Shown here: piece after piece, positions 20,077 to 30,280 of the stretch | Position numbering within the stretch: position 1 is the first letter of the stretch | Layout: each line of letters starts with the position of its first letter | Assembly: GCA_040752575.1 (NCBI GenBank) | Contig: JBFMGK010000066.1 | Location: 14,640 to 78,639, forward strand | Length of the DNA: 64,000 bases | Reading direction: 5' to 3' | Source: Candidatus Bipolaricaulota bacterium | Lineage (GTDB): Bacteria > Bipolaricaulota > Bipolaricaulia > UBA7950 > UBA9294 | Position numbers and translations under genes: made by a program | The notes under the pieces: model-generated | Told to the model about the DNA's origin: nothing | Databases searched by the model: none | Seen by the model: only the letters and a program-made list of their open reading frames with translations

Positions 20077-20930
20077 AACGCGAACGCGACATCTCCGCGG
20101 CCCTGTCCCAGGACGGCGCCGTGTTGCTCGCCGGAGGCACCGATCTCATGGTGCGAATCCACGCAGGGCTGACAGCCCCTTCCCTCCTCGTGGACATCGC
20201 CGAGGTTCCCGAACTCCGACGCATCGAGCCGCGATCCGAGGGGCTGTCGATCGGCGGAGCCGTACCGCTCTCGGAGATCCTCGCCAGCCCCGGGATCCGG
20301 AACGCCTATCCTCTCCTCGCCCTGGTTCTGCAGAGCGTGGGCTCGCCCCAGATACGACACCGCGCGACACTCGGCGGGAACCTCGCCAACGCCTCGCCCG
20401 CGGCTGATGGAGCCCTTGCACTCGTCGCCCTCGACGCCGACGTCGTGATTGCGCAGGCATCGGGCGAGCGGACGTGTCCCGTAGGCGACTTCCTCTTGGG
20501 GCCCGGACGGACCGCGCTTCACCGCGGTGAGTACGTACGCTCCGTTCGGCTGCCGCCACCGATCCCCGACGCAATGCCGTTCGCGCACAAGGTGGGGCGA
20601 CGACGCGCGCTGACCATTGCCATCGCAAGCGTCGCCGCTCAGCTACGCGTACGGAGCGGCGCAGTCGTCGACGTTCGTCTCGCCGCCGGTTCGGTCGCCC
20701 CGCGGCCCCTGCGGCTGCGCGGAGCCGAGGAAGCAGTGATCGGACGACGGCTCAACGAAACCACGCTCGCGCTTGCCCGTGCCGCGGTTGAGCGGGAGAT
20801 CTCCCCGATCGATGACGTTCGGGCAACCGCCGCATATCGTCGCGCCGTGACGGCGGATCTCGTGATTCGAGCGTTGTCGCCTGGTTCGTCAGCTTCTCCC
20901 GGCGCGGGCTCGGGAGTATCCTGGCGCTAG
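20058..20930 (+). CDS. Second xanthine dehydrogenase family FAD-binding subunit
   Basis: AGGAG then GTG 20058; LAGGTDL, GSPQIRHRATLGGN..NASPAAD, PIDDVRATAAYR. Confidence 0.9.
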   Translation: MDYVRVKRERDISAALSQDGAVLLAGGTDLMVRIHAGLTAPSLLVDIAEVPELRRIEPRSEGLSIGGAVPLSEILASPGIRNAYPLLALVLQSVGSPQIRHRATLGGNLANASPAADGALALVALDADVVIAQASGERTCPVGDFLLGPGRTALHRGEYVRSVRLPPPIPDAMPFAHKVGRRRALTIAIASVAAQLRVRSGAVVDVRLAAGSVAPRPLRLRGAEEAVIGRRLNETTLALARAAVEREISPIDDVRATAAYRRAVTADLVIRALSPGSSASPGAGSGVSWR

Positions 20931-20934
20931 GGAG

Positions 20935-21339
20935 GTGGTTCGTTTGAAACGCGTCGGACTCATCCCCGTCGGTGCCATGGTGGCTCTCGTCTTGCTGGGA
21001 GGCTGCTTCCTCCTCCCCAACCGCCCCCCCGTGGCCGCGGCGGCTGTGAACTACAACGTCGATCCAGAGGATCCCATGGTGATTGAGCTGGACGCGTCGG
21101 CATCCGATGATCCGGACGGCGACGCGATTACGATGTACATGTGGGCATTCAGCGATGACCTCGCGCTCATCACCCCGGAGGCGGTGACCACCAGTCAGAT
21201 TTCGCCCATCCTGCGCGTCCGATGTCCGGTCGAGGGCACGTACACGGCACAGCTTGTGGTCCTCGACGACCACGGCAACGCATCGTCCCCGCTGGTCGGG
21301 ATCTCGATCGTCGTCCCCCACCTCCCGATGGAGCCGTGA
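20935..21339 (+). CDS. PKD-domain lipoprotein
   Basis: Lipobox LGGC; NRPPVA, LDASASDDPDG, Y.W.F.D, GTYTAQLVVLDDHG. Confidence 0.75.
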   Translation: MVRLKRVGLIPVGAMVALVLLGGCFLLPNRPPVAAAAVNYNVDPEDPMVIELDASASDDPDGDAITMYMWAFSDDLALITPEAVTTSQISPILRVRCPVEGTYTAQLVVLDDHGNASSPLVGISIVVPHLPMEP

Positions 21340-21439
21340 GGGCTCCCCCTCACGCTTCCATCCGAGAGGAGACACGCCTCCCCTTCGAAAGGGTCGACTG
21401 CAGGCAGGCCCAAGGAGCCCGTGGTGTAGGATCGGAGCC

Positions 21440-22021
21440 ATGAGGTCGATCGTCTGCGCCATGATCGTTGTGGCCTCCATCGGAGGGGCTGCTGCCTGCT
21501 TGCCGCCGGCCCCGTTGACTGTCGGCTTCGGCGTCGGCATTCCTCTCGGAGCCTCGCTCGAAGGCGGGGACTCCTTCTCGTTCCTCCAGGCCGAAGCGCT
21601 GGTCAGTCCCGGACTTACCGCCTACGGTGAGCTAGGCGTTTACCCAGCCTCGTTCCCCGATGCCGTCGAAGGCGGGTTGGGGCTTCTCGCGAAGGCATGG
21701 TTCGCTTCGGTCGCACCGTACGTCGGCGCAGGCGTGTCCGTCCGGGGACATCGGATCGGCTCGGCGTGGTCGCTCGTGCCCCTGGTCCAGCTTCGCGGCG
21801 GCGTGCAGCTTTGGGTGGACGAAGCCCTCGCGTTCCAGGCTCAGATCCGAACTCTCGACGCGTTCCCGCTCGATTGGAGCTTCACACCCGAGGTGAGCCT
21901 CGGACTGGCACTCGCCCTTGGGCGGGGGCGGCCGGAGACCCCTCGCGCCGAGTTTGACGTCCTCTGGCTGCTGGTTGGGCTCGCCACGGCGGCTCTTGTC
22001 GCCTTCTTGCCGCGGTCCTGA
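21440..22021 (+). CDS. Hypothetical exported beta-rich protein with a C-terminal hydrophobic helix
   Basis: Signal-like N-terminus; alternating amphipathic strands ([22 protein letters not shown]); C-terminal TM segment. Confidence 0.6.
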   Translation: MRSIVCAMIVVASIGGAAACLPPAPLTVGFGVGIPLGASLEGGDSFSFLQAEALVSPGLTAYGELGVYPASFPDAVEGGLGLLAKAWFASVAPYVGAGVSVRGHRIGSAWSLVPLVQLRGGVQLWVDEALAFQAQIRTLDAFPLDWSFTPEVSLGLALALGRGRPETPRAEFDVLWLLVGLATAALVAFLPRS

Positions 22022-22048
22022 CGTCCCCTTCCCTCGGAGGCCGGTTCC

Positions 22049-22057
22049 TGCTATACT
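22049..22057 (+). promoter_or_regulatory. Extended -10 promoter upstream of the sigma factor gene
   Basis: TGcTATACT about 135 nt upstream of ATG 22194. Confidence 0.5.
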
Positions 22058-22193
22058 GCAGTTTCGCACGGTGTTAGACCGTTGCGGGAGAGGCAGTAGG
22101 TCGAACGCAATCAGGAGACGGACCGGAGGGCCGGACTGGCCGTCCGGTTGTATTTGGATAGCACTCCGTTGGGCCAACCGGCTAGGAGGAGCC

Positions 22194-23138
22194 ATGAACG
22201 AGTCGAGGGCGACGGTGAGCCTCGCGCGGAACCTGAGCACGAGTTCCGACGACGATTACGAGCTCATCGACGTCGAGGATCGACCATCTCGTGCCGACAA
22301 CCCGATTCGCACGTACTTCGGGGAAATCAGCCGCGTCCCGCTGTTGACGCGCGAAGACGAAGTGCGACTCGCGAAGCGCATTGAGGCGGGGGACCAGCGC
22401 GCCCGTGAGGAGCTCGCTGAGGCCAACCTTCGTCTTGTGGTCTCGATTGCCAAGAAGTACCGCGGATGCGGTCTCCCTTTCCTTGACCTCATTCAGGAAG
22501 GGAACCTCGGCCTCATGAAGGCCATCGAGAAATTCGACTATACCAAGGGGTACAAGTTCTCCACCTATGCGACGTGGTGGATACGGCAAGCGATCCTTCG
22601 TGCGATCACGAACCGGTCTCGGACGATCCGGGTCCCGACGCACATCAACGAGTTGATCCGGAAGATCTACCAGGTCGAGCGCAATTTCCTGAAGGAGAAT
22701 GGCGAGCTGCCCACACCGGAGAACCTCGCCCACGAACTGGAGACGACCGTCGAGAACATCGTCAAAGCGAAGAAGACGGCTCAAAGCATGACCTCTCTCG
22801 ACATGCCGATCGGCTACGACGACGATGGGTCCGTCCTCGGCGACTTCATCGAGGACGCTACCGTCGAATCGCCCGAGCACGAGACGTTCTCCCACCTTCT
22901 GGTCGAGGAGCTCGAGCGCGCTCTGGACGAACGCCTCACCGACCGCGAGAAGAGGATCCTCGAGCTGCGCTACGGGCTGAACGACTACCAACCGAAGACG
23001 CTCGATGAAGTCGGCGTGGAGTTCGGAATCAGCCGCGAGCGGGTGCGGCAGATCCAGAAAGAGGCGTTGACCAAGCTGCAGGACTCTGATCTGAAACAGC
23101 GATTGGAGTGGTTCAAGCTTCTGTCGGAGGCGGCGTAG
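22194..23138 (+). CDS. RNA polymerase sigma70 factor, RpoD/SigA-like, lacking region 1.1
   Basis: [54 protein letters not shown]; 314 aa. Confidence 0.92.
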   Translation: MNESRATVSLARNLSTSSDDDYELIDVEDRPSRADNPIRTYFGEISRVPLLTREDEVRLAKRIEAGDQRAREELAEANLRLVVSIAKKYRGCGLPFLDLIQEGNLGLMKAIEKFDYTKGYKFSTYATWWIRQAILRAITNRSRTIRVPTHINELIRKIYQVERNFLKENGELPTPENLAHELETTVENIVKAKKTAQSMTSLDMPIGYDDDGSVLGDFIEDATVESPEHETFSHLLVEELERALDERLTDREKRILELRYGLNDYQPKTLDEVGVEFGISRERVRQIQKEALTKLQDSDLKQRLEWFKLLSEAA

Positions 23139-25428
23139 CCGCCTCCGCGCCCGGCTCTGCGGCTTCGCGATGCGTGCATCCCTGCGTGCTGCACCGCAAT
23201 TCGTCGCCCTTCTGCACCAAGACGCCTTGTCCGCACACCGGGCAGGGTTTGATGGGGCGCTCGCTCGTCGCGAAGCGGCAAGCGGGATAGCGACTGCAGC
23301 TGTAGAACGTCCTGCGCCGCTTGGCGGCATACTTCTCAACCAGAATGCCCTGCCCACAAGCCGGGCATACCACGCCGGTCGAAACGGGGGCTGTCGTCTT
23401 GCAGTCCGGATTCATGCAGCGTGCGTAGCGCCCATAGCGGCCGGACCGCAGCTCCATCGGACCGCCGCACTCAGGACACGTCTGCGACGCGACGGCCGTC
23501 TCGGCAGCCTTCTCGAGTTCGGCGCGCAGCAGAACCTGCTCGCCTCCGTACACGGCAGCAACCTGCGGGGGCACGCTGACTCGACCCTCACAATCAGGGT
23601 ATCTCGAGCAACCCAGAAAGTGCCCACCCTTCCAGTACAGAAGCTCCATCGGGGCACCGCATTGCGGGCAACTCACGTCGGTGGGCACGCGGAAGACCTT
23701 CTCCGCTCCCCGCTCCATGGCTCCTTGAAGCGCATCCAGGCGTGACGAGAGCGGGCCGTAGAATTCGTCGAGCACTTCTCGCCGCGTGATCTCCCCTTCC
23801 TCGATCCGATCGAGGTCCTCTTCCAGGCGCGCAGTGAACTGCGGCTCGACGGTCTCGGCGAAGTGCTGAGCAAGGAAGTCGACGACCATCTGTCCCAGGA
23901 GTGTCGGGCGAATGCTGCTTCCTTCCTTCACTGCATAGCCGCGTTCCTGAATCACCGAGACAATCGAGGCGTACGTGCTCGGCCTTCCGATGCCTTCCTT
24001 TTCGAGAAGGTTCACCAACCCCGCTTCGCTGTACCGTCGCGGAGGCTCGGTGTGTTTCTGCTTCGTGAGGACCTCGGAGATCGCCAGCTTCTGCCCCTTG
24101 CGCAGTTTGGGCGGGATGCTGCCTTCCTTCTCGCGCCGCTCCGGCAGCGCTCGCAAGAAGCCATCGAACGTCAACTCGCTTCCCGAGGCCTCCAGCGTGA
24201 AAGATCCCGCCGCGATGGCCACGCTCCGTTGGCGGTACACGGCCTGGGACATCTGCGTGGCGAGGAAGCGACCGTAGATCAAGCCGTACAGCTTCATCTG
24301 GTCGGGCGTCAGGTAGGTAGCCACCGACTCCGGAGTTCTCGCCACATCGGTCGGACGAATCGCCTCGTGAGCGTCTTGCGATGTACGACGGTTCTTGAAC
24401 GAGCGAGGTCGCTCGGAGAGGTACGCGTCACCGTAAGAGCTTGCGATCGCCTGTCGGGCCGCAGCCACCGCCTCGTCGGCGACGCGGACAGAGTCCGTGC
24501 GCATGTAGGTGATGAGGCCCTCCGATCCTTCGGGCAGTCCAATTCCCTCGTACAACTCCTGCGCCACGGCCATCGTCCGCTTCGGCGAGAAACCGAGCGC
24601 GGACGATGCCGTCTGCTGCAGAGAACTCGTGATGAGTGGCGGTGCCGGCTGGCGCTGGCGGTCCCGCTCCTCGACGCTCTCCACGCGCAAGGTTGCGCCC
24701 TGCAACGCGCTCTCCACGGCCCGAGCCTCCGCCTCAGAACGGACAAGAAGCTTCTCGCCATCCTTGTGCGTCACCCGAGCCGTGAACGGTTCGCCGTTTT
24801 CTAGGCGCGCCTCGATCTCCCAGTACTCCTCGGGAACAAAGTGCGCGATCTCGCGCTCGCGGTCGCAGAGAAAGCGCAGAGCCACCGATTGAACTCGCCC
24901 GGCCGAGAGGCCTGCGAAACGGCTGCGCGCCACAGCGCGCGAAAGGAGGGGACTCACGAGATAGCCCACGAGGCGGTCGAGCACGCGACGCGTGCGCTGA
25001 GCCTCCACGCGATCGAGGTTGATCGACTCGGGCTTCTTGAGCGCCGCCAGGATCGCCGACTTGGTGATCTCGTTGAACACGGGTCGACTGAACGCGTCGT
25101 CATCCTTCACAACCCGCCGCAGAATCTCATAGAGATCGTAGGCGATCGCTTCCCCCTCACGATCGTGGTCCGTCGCCAGGAAGATGCGTTCAGACTCTCG
25201 CGCCGCCTTGCGCAGCTCCGTAAGGAGCTTCGCCTTCTTCGCCACCGACTCGAACTGCGGCTCGAACCCACCCGCAATATCCACGCCGAGTTCATTCGTC
25301 GGCAGGTCGCGAACATGCCCCTGCGACGAGAGCACTCTGTACTCCCCCCCCAGGTACTGGCTGATCGTACGTGCTTTGGTCGGCGATTCGACGATAATCA
25401 GACGATTCAATTCCCTAGGCCCCCTCAA
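23113..25428 (-). CDS. topA: DNA topoisomerase I
   Basis: [22 protein letters not shown], catalytic [16 protein letters not shown]-terminal Zn ribbons; start may be TTG 25410. Confidence 0.95.
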   Translation of the reverse strand: MRGPRELNRLIIVESPTKARTISQYLGGEYRVLSSQGHVRDLPTNELGVDIAGGFEPQFESVAKKAKLLTELRKAARESERIFLATDHDREGEAIAYDLYEILRRVVKDDDAFSRPVFNEITKSAILAALKKPESINLDRVEAQRTRRVLDRLVGYLVSPLLSRAVARSRFAGLSAGRVQSVALRFLCDREREIAHFVPEEYWEIEARLENGEPFTARVTHKDGEKLLVRSEAEARAVESALQGATLRVESVEERDRQRQPAPPLITSSLQQTASSALGFSPKRTMAVAQELYEGIGLPEGSEGLITYMRTDSVRVADEAVAAARQAIASSYGDAYLSERPRSFKNRRTSQDAHEAIRPTDVARTPESVATYLTPDQMKLYGLIYGRFLATQMSQAVYRQRSVAIAAGSFTLEASGSELTFDGFLRALPERREKEGSIPPKLRKGQKLAISEVLTKQKHTEPPRRYSEAGLVNLLEKEGIGRPSTYASIVSVIQERGYAVKEGSSIRPTLLGQMVVDFLAQHFAETVEPQFTARLEEDLDRIEEGEITRREVLDEFYGPLSSRLDALQGAMERGAEKVFRVPTDVSCPQCGAPMELLYWKGGHFLGCSRYPDCEGRVSVPPQVAAVYGGEQVLLRAELEKAAETAVASQTCPECGGPMELRSGRYGRYARCMNPDCKTTAPVSTGVVCPACGQGILVEKYAAKRRRTFYSCSRYPACRFATSERPIKPCPVCGQGVLVQKGDELRCSTQGCTHREAAEPGAEAATPPPTEA

Positions 25429-25506
25429 GTCCGCCCATTATACCGGTCGAGCCGCCGCCGTCGAGACGCCTCGCCGCGCACGCCCTCACGCGCTACGATC
25501 GAGCGT

Positions 25507-26820
25507 ATGAGCTCAGCGCTTCATCACGTCGTTGTCGAGGGCCTACCGGCCGCGGGGAAGACCGAGTCCTTGGCGCTGTTGGCCCGTTTCTACCCGCAGC
25601 GCGTCCGAGTCCTTCCCGAACTTGTGAAGTCCGTTGTGGAAGACCAAGGCCTGGATCTGTTCCGCGACAGAGACCGTCTCACGGCGGCGCTCGTCGGAGC
25701 CGTAGAGCGACGCCGCCTCGAGGTCCGCGAGATGACCGCCGCAGGGTTCCTCTGCCTCGAGGAGTCCCACCTTGCCGTCCACCGCGCGTATGCCGTCGCT
25801 CTCGGCGACCTCGGCTTCCTGGCCGCGTTTGCGGACCTCGACGCCGCAGCGCCACGCCCAGATCTTGTCGTCACCCTGGACCTCACGCCCTCGGAGTCCG
25901 TGGCGCGCCAGAAGGCGCGCGCCACGCCGCAGTTCGACGTCGATGTCGCGACGCTGGAGCGCATGCAGCGCGAACTGGAGCACTGGCACCTCAAACGTCG
26001 GGCGCCGCGAATCGTTCTCGACGCCGAGAGGCCGGCCGCCGCCCTCGTGCACGATCTGGAGTCCGCTCTGGGACTCACGTACATCGCGGAGACCTCAAAG
26101 CCCGAACGCGACCTCGAGGTTCTTCTGCTCCTCGGGCGGCCCGCCAGCGGAAAGAGCGAGTTCATCGACTTCATGCGCCACTGCCCTTCGGCGCTGCGAA
26201 GCATGGCATATCACATCGGCCGGTTCGACGTCCTGGACGACTTTCCGATTCTCTGGCAGAAGTTTCAGGAGGATGACGCGTGGGAGCGGTCCGATGGACG
26301 CCGACGCCACTCGCGGCGCTGCAACGAGAACTACGCGGTCGCCGACGACGCTCTGTGGCCCTTTCTGATCGAGAGGCTAAATGATCTAGCCACGCCGCAC
26401 CTTGGGCGTGGCCGCACCCTGATCCTGGAGTTCTCCCGTGGCGGACCCTCGGGGTACGCGAGCGCCTTGACCCGGCTGGCAGATGAGGTTCTCCGCCGCG
26501 CCTCTGCGCTCTACCTCGATGTGTCGTTCGACGAGTCTTGGCGACGCAACGTGGCCCGCTATGACGAGCAACGCCGAGATGGAATCCTGACCCACTCTGT
26601 CCCGCGAGAGGAGATGGAGCGAACCTACGGCACGGACGACTGGGCCTCACTCACCGGAGGCGCGACCACGGGAACCCTCAACGTGCGAGAGCATCGCGTG
26701 CCGTTCGCTACCCTTCACAATGAGCCGGAGTCGAAGGATCCCGCCGTGCTCGGTCCACGATATGCCGCCGCGCTTCGTCCTCTCGCCGAAGCGGCGCTCC
26801 ACCGGCCGGTCGACATCTAG
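25507..26820 (+). CDS. Uncharacterised tandem P-loop kinase fusion (dTMP/dNK-like domain plus a second NMP-kinase-like domain)
   Basis: Two Walker A motifs, EGLPAAGKT and LGRPASGKS; PDLVVTLD..ESVAR and LYLDVSFDES.RRN lid-like motifs; 437 aa. Confidence 0.75.
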   Translation: MSSALHHVVVEGLPAAGKTESLALLARFYPQRVRVLPELVKSVVEDQGLDLFRDRDRLTAALVGAVERRRLEVREMTAAGFLCLEESHLAVHRAYAVALGDLGFLAAFADLDAAAPRPDLVVTLDLTPSESVARQKARATPQFDVDVATLERMQRELEHWHLKRRAPRIVLDAERPAAALVHDLESALGLTYIAETSKPERDLEVLLLLGRPASGKSEFIDFMRHCPSALRSMAYHIGRFDVLDDFPILWQKFQEDDAWERSDGRRRHSRRCNENYAVADDALWPFLIERLNDLATPHLGRGRTLILEFSRGGPSGYASALTRLADEVLRRASALYLDVSFDESWRRNVARYDEQRRDGILTHSVPREEMERTYGTDDWASLTGGATTGTLNVREHRVPFATLHNEPESKDPAVLGPRYAAALRPLAEAALHRPVDI

Positions 26821-27878
26821 TTTCGCAAAGCTTCGCAGAACACGCGCATGAAGTTCCCGTGCGCGACTTTCTCGATCTGTCGACGAGTCAACCCGGCGCG
26901 CGCCAACACCGCTGGGATCTCGGCCATGTCGCGAACCGAGGCGATACCCTGCGGAGTGGCCTCGATCCCATCGAGGTCGCCGCCGATGCCCACAGCATCC
27001 TCTCCCCCAACGCGAATCGCGTGAAGGACGTGCTGCACGAACGCATCGAGGGTCGGTCGTGGAATGAGCCTGCGCCGCTCGGCTACACGCGCTTGCGCGG
27101 CCGCGGCGTCAGCCGCCTCCTGCACCTCGGCGCGGAGCACCTCACAGGCTTGCATGTACCGCCGGTCCAGGAAGTGCGGCGCCAGGTTGATCCCCACGAC
27201 GCCTCCAGCATCGGCAAGCCCTCGGATCATCGCATCCGTCAGGTTGCGCGGATGCGGACAGAGGGTCCGGACGTTAGAGTGCGTCGCCACCACGGGCCGT
27301 GTGGCGCACCGAAGAACGTCGTCGAATGCGCGATCCGAGAGATGGGACACATCGACGATGACACCGAGCTCCTCCGCCGTGCCGACAAGACGTTCACCCT
27401 CCCGAGCCAGGCCCGCGCCTTTCCCGAACGCCGTTCCGGCGAACGCGTTGTCCGACCACGCCGGACTGACCATGCGCACGCCGCGCTCGGCAAACGCTCG
27501 AAGCGCCTCCGCCTTGCCTTCGAGAGGGTCGGCACCCTCTAGCGCGAGAATGGCGTTGACGCCTGGGCTTTCTAGAGCCCGTGAGATGTCCGACGCCGTG
27601 CGGACAACGCGCATCCTCCCATCGGACCTCGCCGCTGCGGACGTGACGGCGTCCAGCATGGCTTCGCCCCGAGCGGCAACGCGGTCTAGCGCCGTCTTGG
27701 GGTAGATCGCGCAGGCTGCGAAGACCTGAACGCGAACGTCGGCCTCAAGTAGGCCATCCAGCGAGACGTGAAGACCCGGGCTGCCCTGCAGCAGGTCAGC
27801 TCCCTGATCGACCGCCTTCATCGCCGCGTCGCAGTGTGCATCGACGAGCCACGGTCTGGGGAGTGGGACGTCTCTCAT
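26817..27878 (-). CDS. Membrane (renal-type, M19) dipeptidase
   Basis: DAHCD, ALEGAD, DVSHLS, ATHSN, HPRNLTD, GGDLDG, GNFMRV. Confidence 0.9.
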   Translation of the reverse strand: MRDVPLPRPWLVDAHCDAAMKAVDQGADLLQGSPGLHVSLDGLLEADVRVQVFAACAIYPKTALDRVAARGEAMLDAVTSAAARSDGRMRVVRTASDISRALESPGVNAILALEGADPLEGKAEALRAFAERGVRMVSPAWSDNAFAGTAFGKGAGLAREGERLVGTAEELGVIVDVSHLSDRAFDDVLRCATRPVVATHSNVRTLCPHPRNLTDAMIRGLADAGGVVGINLAPHFLDRRYMQACEVLRAEVQEAADAAAAQARVAERRRLIPRPTLDAFVQHVLHAIRVGGEDAVGIGGDLDGIEATPQGIASVRDMAEIPAVLARAGLTRRQIEKVAHGNFMRVFCEALRN

Positions 27879-28261
27879 TCCACGACGGCCAGGGCCTCGA
27901 TCTCCAGGGGCGCACCGAGAGGCAGCGCGGCCACCGCAACGCACGTCCGGGCCGGGAACGGATCCGCAAATGCCTCGCGGTACACCTCGTTCACCGCTGC
28001 GAAGTCTGCCATGTCCGTGAGGTAGACGGTGACCTTCACGACGCTGGTCGGGGAAGCCCCCGCCGCAGCGAGAACGGCAAAGACGTTCGCAAGTGCTTGC
28101 CGTGCCGCCTCGCGGATGTCGCCGCGCACCATCTCGCCCGACGCGGGACTGACGGGCAGTTGCCCCGATGTGGCGACGAGCGAGCCTGCTCGGACTCCCT
28201 GCGAATAGGGGCCCACCGCCCGCGGAGCTTCTGTCGTCGCGATCGCTTTCCGATCCATCAC
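27875..28261 (-). CDS. ridA: RidA enamine/imine deaminase
   Basis: [31 protein letters not shown]. Confidence 0.92.
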   Translation of the reverse strand: MMDRKAIATTEAPRAVGPYSQGVRAGSLVATSGQLPVSPASGEMVRGDIREAARQALANVFAVLAAAGASPTSVVKVTVYLTDMADFAAVNEVYREAFADPFPARTCVAVAALPLGAPLEIEALAVVE

Positions 28262-29436
28262 GAGATCACCCCCAAGCGGCGTCCGACACGAGCAAACGCG
28301 TCGACAGCGACCGCCAGATCCTTCTCACTGTGCGCCGCGGACAACATCACGCGCAGGCGTGCCTTTCCCCGCGGCACCGTCGGAAAGGCAATCGCGGTCG
28401 CGAAGACGCCCTCGCGGAACAGCTCCTTCGAGAAAGACCATGCGGTCTCCGCTTCGCCCAGCATCACCGGCGTAATCGGCGTCTCGCTAATTCCCAGATC
28501 GAAACCCAGACCGGCCATGGACGCCTTGAACGATGCAGCGTTGCTCCACAACTGGCGGATCCGCGCGTCGCTCTCCTCGAGAAGGTCCACCGCAGCAAGA
28601 CAGGCGGCGACATCCGGCGGCGTCGCCGCGGACGAGAACAGGAAAGGCCGTGCCCGCTGTCGCAGGTATTCGATCACGTTGGCCGGCCCGGCGATGTATC
28701 CGCCCATCACCCCGAAGGCCTTGGACATCGTCCCGCACTCGATATCCACCCGCCCGTGGAGTCCGAAGTGGTCGACGATCCCGCGTCCGCCGCGGCCCAG
28801 GACTCCCTCGCCGTGCGCATCGTCCACCATGACGATGGCTCCGTGCGCTTCGGCGGCTTCGACGATCGCCGGAAGAGGCGCAAGGTCCCCGTCCATCGAG
28901 AACACCCCGTCCGTCACGATGAGCTTCCGAGGCGCGTCCCGGTGTTCGTCGAGCAAGCGCCCCAGCGCGTTCGCGTCGGCATGCGGATAGATCACCCGTT
29001 GCGCCTTCGAGAGCCGCGCCCCGTCGATGATCGACGCATGGTTGAGCTCGTCGGTGAACAGGACGTCATCCTTGTCCACAAGGAGCGGGATCGCCGAGAG
29101 GTTCGTGTTCAGACCGGATTGAACCGACAGAGCTGCCTCGGTTCCCTTGAACGCAGCGAGCCGTCGCTCAAGCTCTACGTGCAACTCGAGGGTCCCCGCG
29201 ATGGATCGGACAGCCCCGGGACCGACTCCATACTCGTCGATGGCCTTCTTGGCGGCTGCGCAAAGCCGTGGGTCGTCGGCGAGCCCGAGGTAGTTGTTCG
29301 AGCACATGTTGAGCACCCGTCGCCCGTCGATCGTGACCCACGCGCCGACGCTGCTCTCCACCGTTCGGATCGTGTTGTAGAGGCCGTTCGCACGGAGCTC
29401 GGCCAGCGCGGCGTCAACGAAAGCCCACTTGGACAT
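28258..29436 (-). CDS. kbl: Glycine C-acetyltransferase (2-amino-3-ketobutyrate CoA ligase)
   Basis: [53 protein letters not shown]. Confidence 0.88.
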   Translation of the reverse strand: MSKWAFVDAALAELRANGLYNTIRTVESSVGAWVTIDGRRVLNMCSNNYLGLADDPRLCAAAKKAIDEYGVGPGAVRSIAGTLELHVELERRLAAFKGTEAALSVQSGLNTNLSAIPLLVDKDDVLFTDELNHASIIDGARLSKAQRVIYPHADANALGRLLDEHRDAPRKLIVTDGVFSMDGDLAPLPAIVEAAEAHGAIVMVDDAHGEGVLGRGGRGIVDHFGLHGRVDIECGTMSKAFGVMGGYIAGPANVIEYLRQRARPFLFSSAATPPDVAACLAAVDLLEESDARIRQLWSNAASFKASMAGLGFDLGISETPITPVMLGEAETAWSFSKELFREGVFATAIAFPTVPRGKARLRVMLSAAHSEKDLAVAVDAFARVGRRLGVIS

Positions 29437-29447
29437 CTCGACTCCTT

Positions 29448-29822
29448 CTAGGTCTTTCCGTCGGGCGTGGCCGGCAGCTCGCCCCACAGCGCATCCACGA
29501 TCTCGAAGGCATGGCGAAGATGGGGGATCGTGATCGATCCGCCCACCACAAGAGCCACCCCCAGCGTCTCCACGACGGCGGCTCGCTCGGCACCGCACGC
29601 GTGCGCCTCACGTAGGTGATAGGCAACGCAATCGTCACAGCGAAGCACCATCGAGGCCGCAAGGCCGAGAAGCTCCTTTTCGCGCCTCGTCAGCGCTCCC
29701 TCTGCATACGCGTCATGGTCGAGCGCGAAAAACCGACGGATCGAGAGCGTTGCGCCACGAAGAACGCGCTCGTTTCCGTCCTCGCGCCGTCTCACGAACT
29801 CGCGAAGTGCATCCTCACTCAT
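29448..29822 (-). CDS. Carboxymuconolactone decarboxylase/AhpD family protein
   Basis: [29 protein letters not shown]. Confidence 0.85.
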   Translation of the reverse strand: MSEDALREFVRRREDGNERVLRGATLSIRRFFALDHDAYAEGALTRREKELLGLAASMVLRCDDCVAYHLREAHACGAERAAVVETLGVALVVGGSITIPHLRHAFEIVDALWGELPATPDGKT

Positions 29823-30280
29823 CTCGGCTCTCTCTCGCATCGCTCCGTGAGGAACGCTTGGGCCGCGTCGAGCACGAGGCGGCTTTCCTCATGGGTCAGG
29901 GTCCGTCGCGCCGTCTCGGCATCGAGCCAGCGCGCGTCGTTGTGTTCGGCCGACAGCCGCACGGGCGCCGATCCGGCCTGCGCAAGGAAGTACGTCACGG
30001 TCTTGGGAACGCGCCTGCCGTCTCGCGTCACGCGATAGCCGCTCTGCGACACGAAGCCTTCGACCCACTGAACATCCGCGAGTCCCGTCTCCTCGACGAT
30101 CTCTCGCCGGGCAGCCTCGCGGTCTCCCTCCCCCGGCTCCAGTCGGCCCTTGGGAAAGCCCCAGTGGCCACCACGTTCGTGCCGTAGGAGAAGGAAGAGC
30201 CGCCGGCCTCCATCGTCGCGGTAGACGACGAGTCCAGCGGCTCTCTCCCCTTCTTGCGTCTTAGGTGATGTCGACTTCAT
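29819..30280 (-). CDS. Nudix hydrolase (asymmetric Ap4A hydrolase-like)
   Basis: AAGLVV, HWGFPKG, Nudix box GEGDREAARREIVEETG, K.VTYFL, LS.EH. Confidence 0.85.
   Translation of the reverse strand: MKSTSPKTQEGERAAGLVVYRDDGGRRLFLLLRHERGGHWGFPKGRLEPGEGDREAARREIVEETGLADVQWVEGFVSQSGYRVTRDGRRVPKTVTYFLAQAGSAPVRLSAEHNDARWLDAETARRTLTHEESRLVLDAAQAFLTERCEREPR

Noticed and set aside
9404..20930. Possible selenocysteine or readthrough recoding in the Mo-hydroxylase/YgfK locus
   Set aside because: All ORFs appear full-length. The TGA codons are ordinary stops in ATGA/GTGA overlaps, and no SECIS-like context was seen.
29819..30280. Frameshifted or fused rpoC start hidden after rpoB
   Set aside because: The downstream sequence encodes a clear Nudix protein. 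No beta-prime N-terminal motifs (ASP..I, KPETINY, GLFC) appear in the provided frames.
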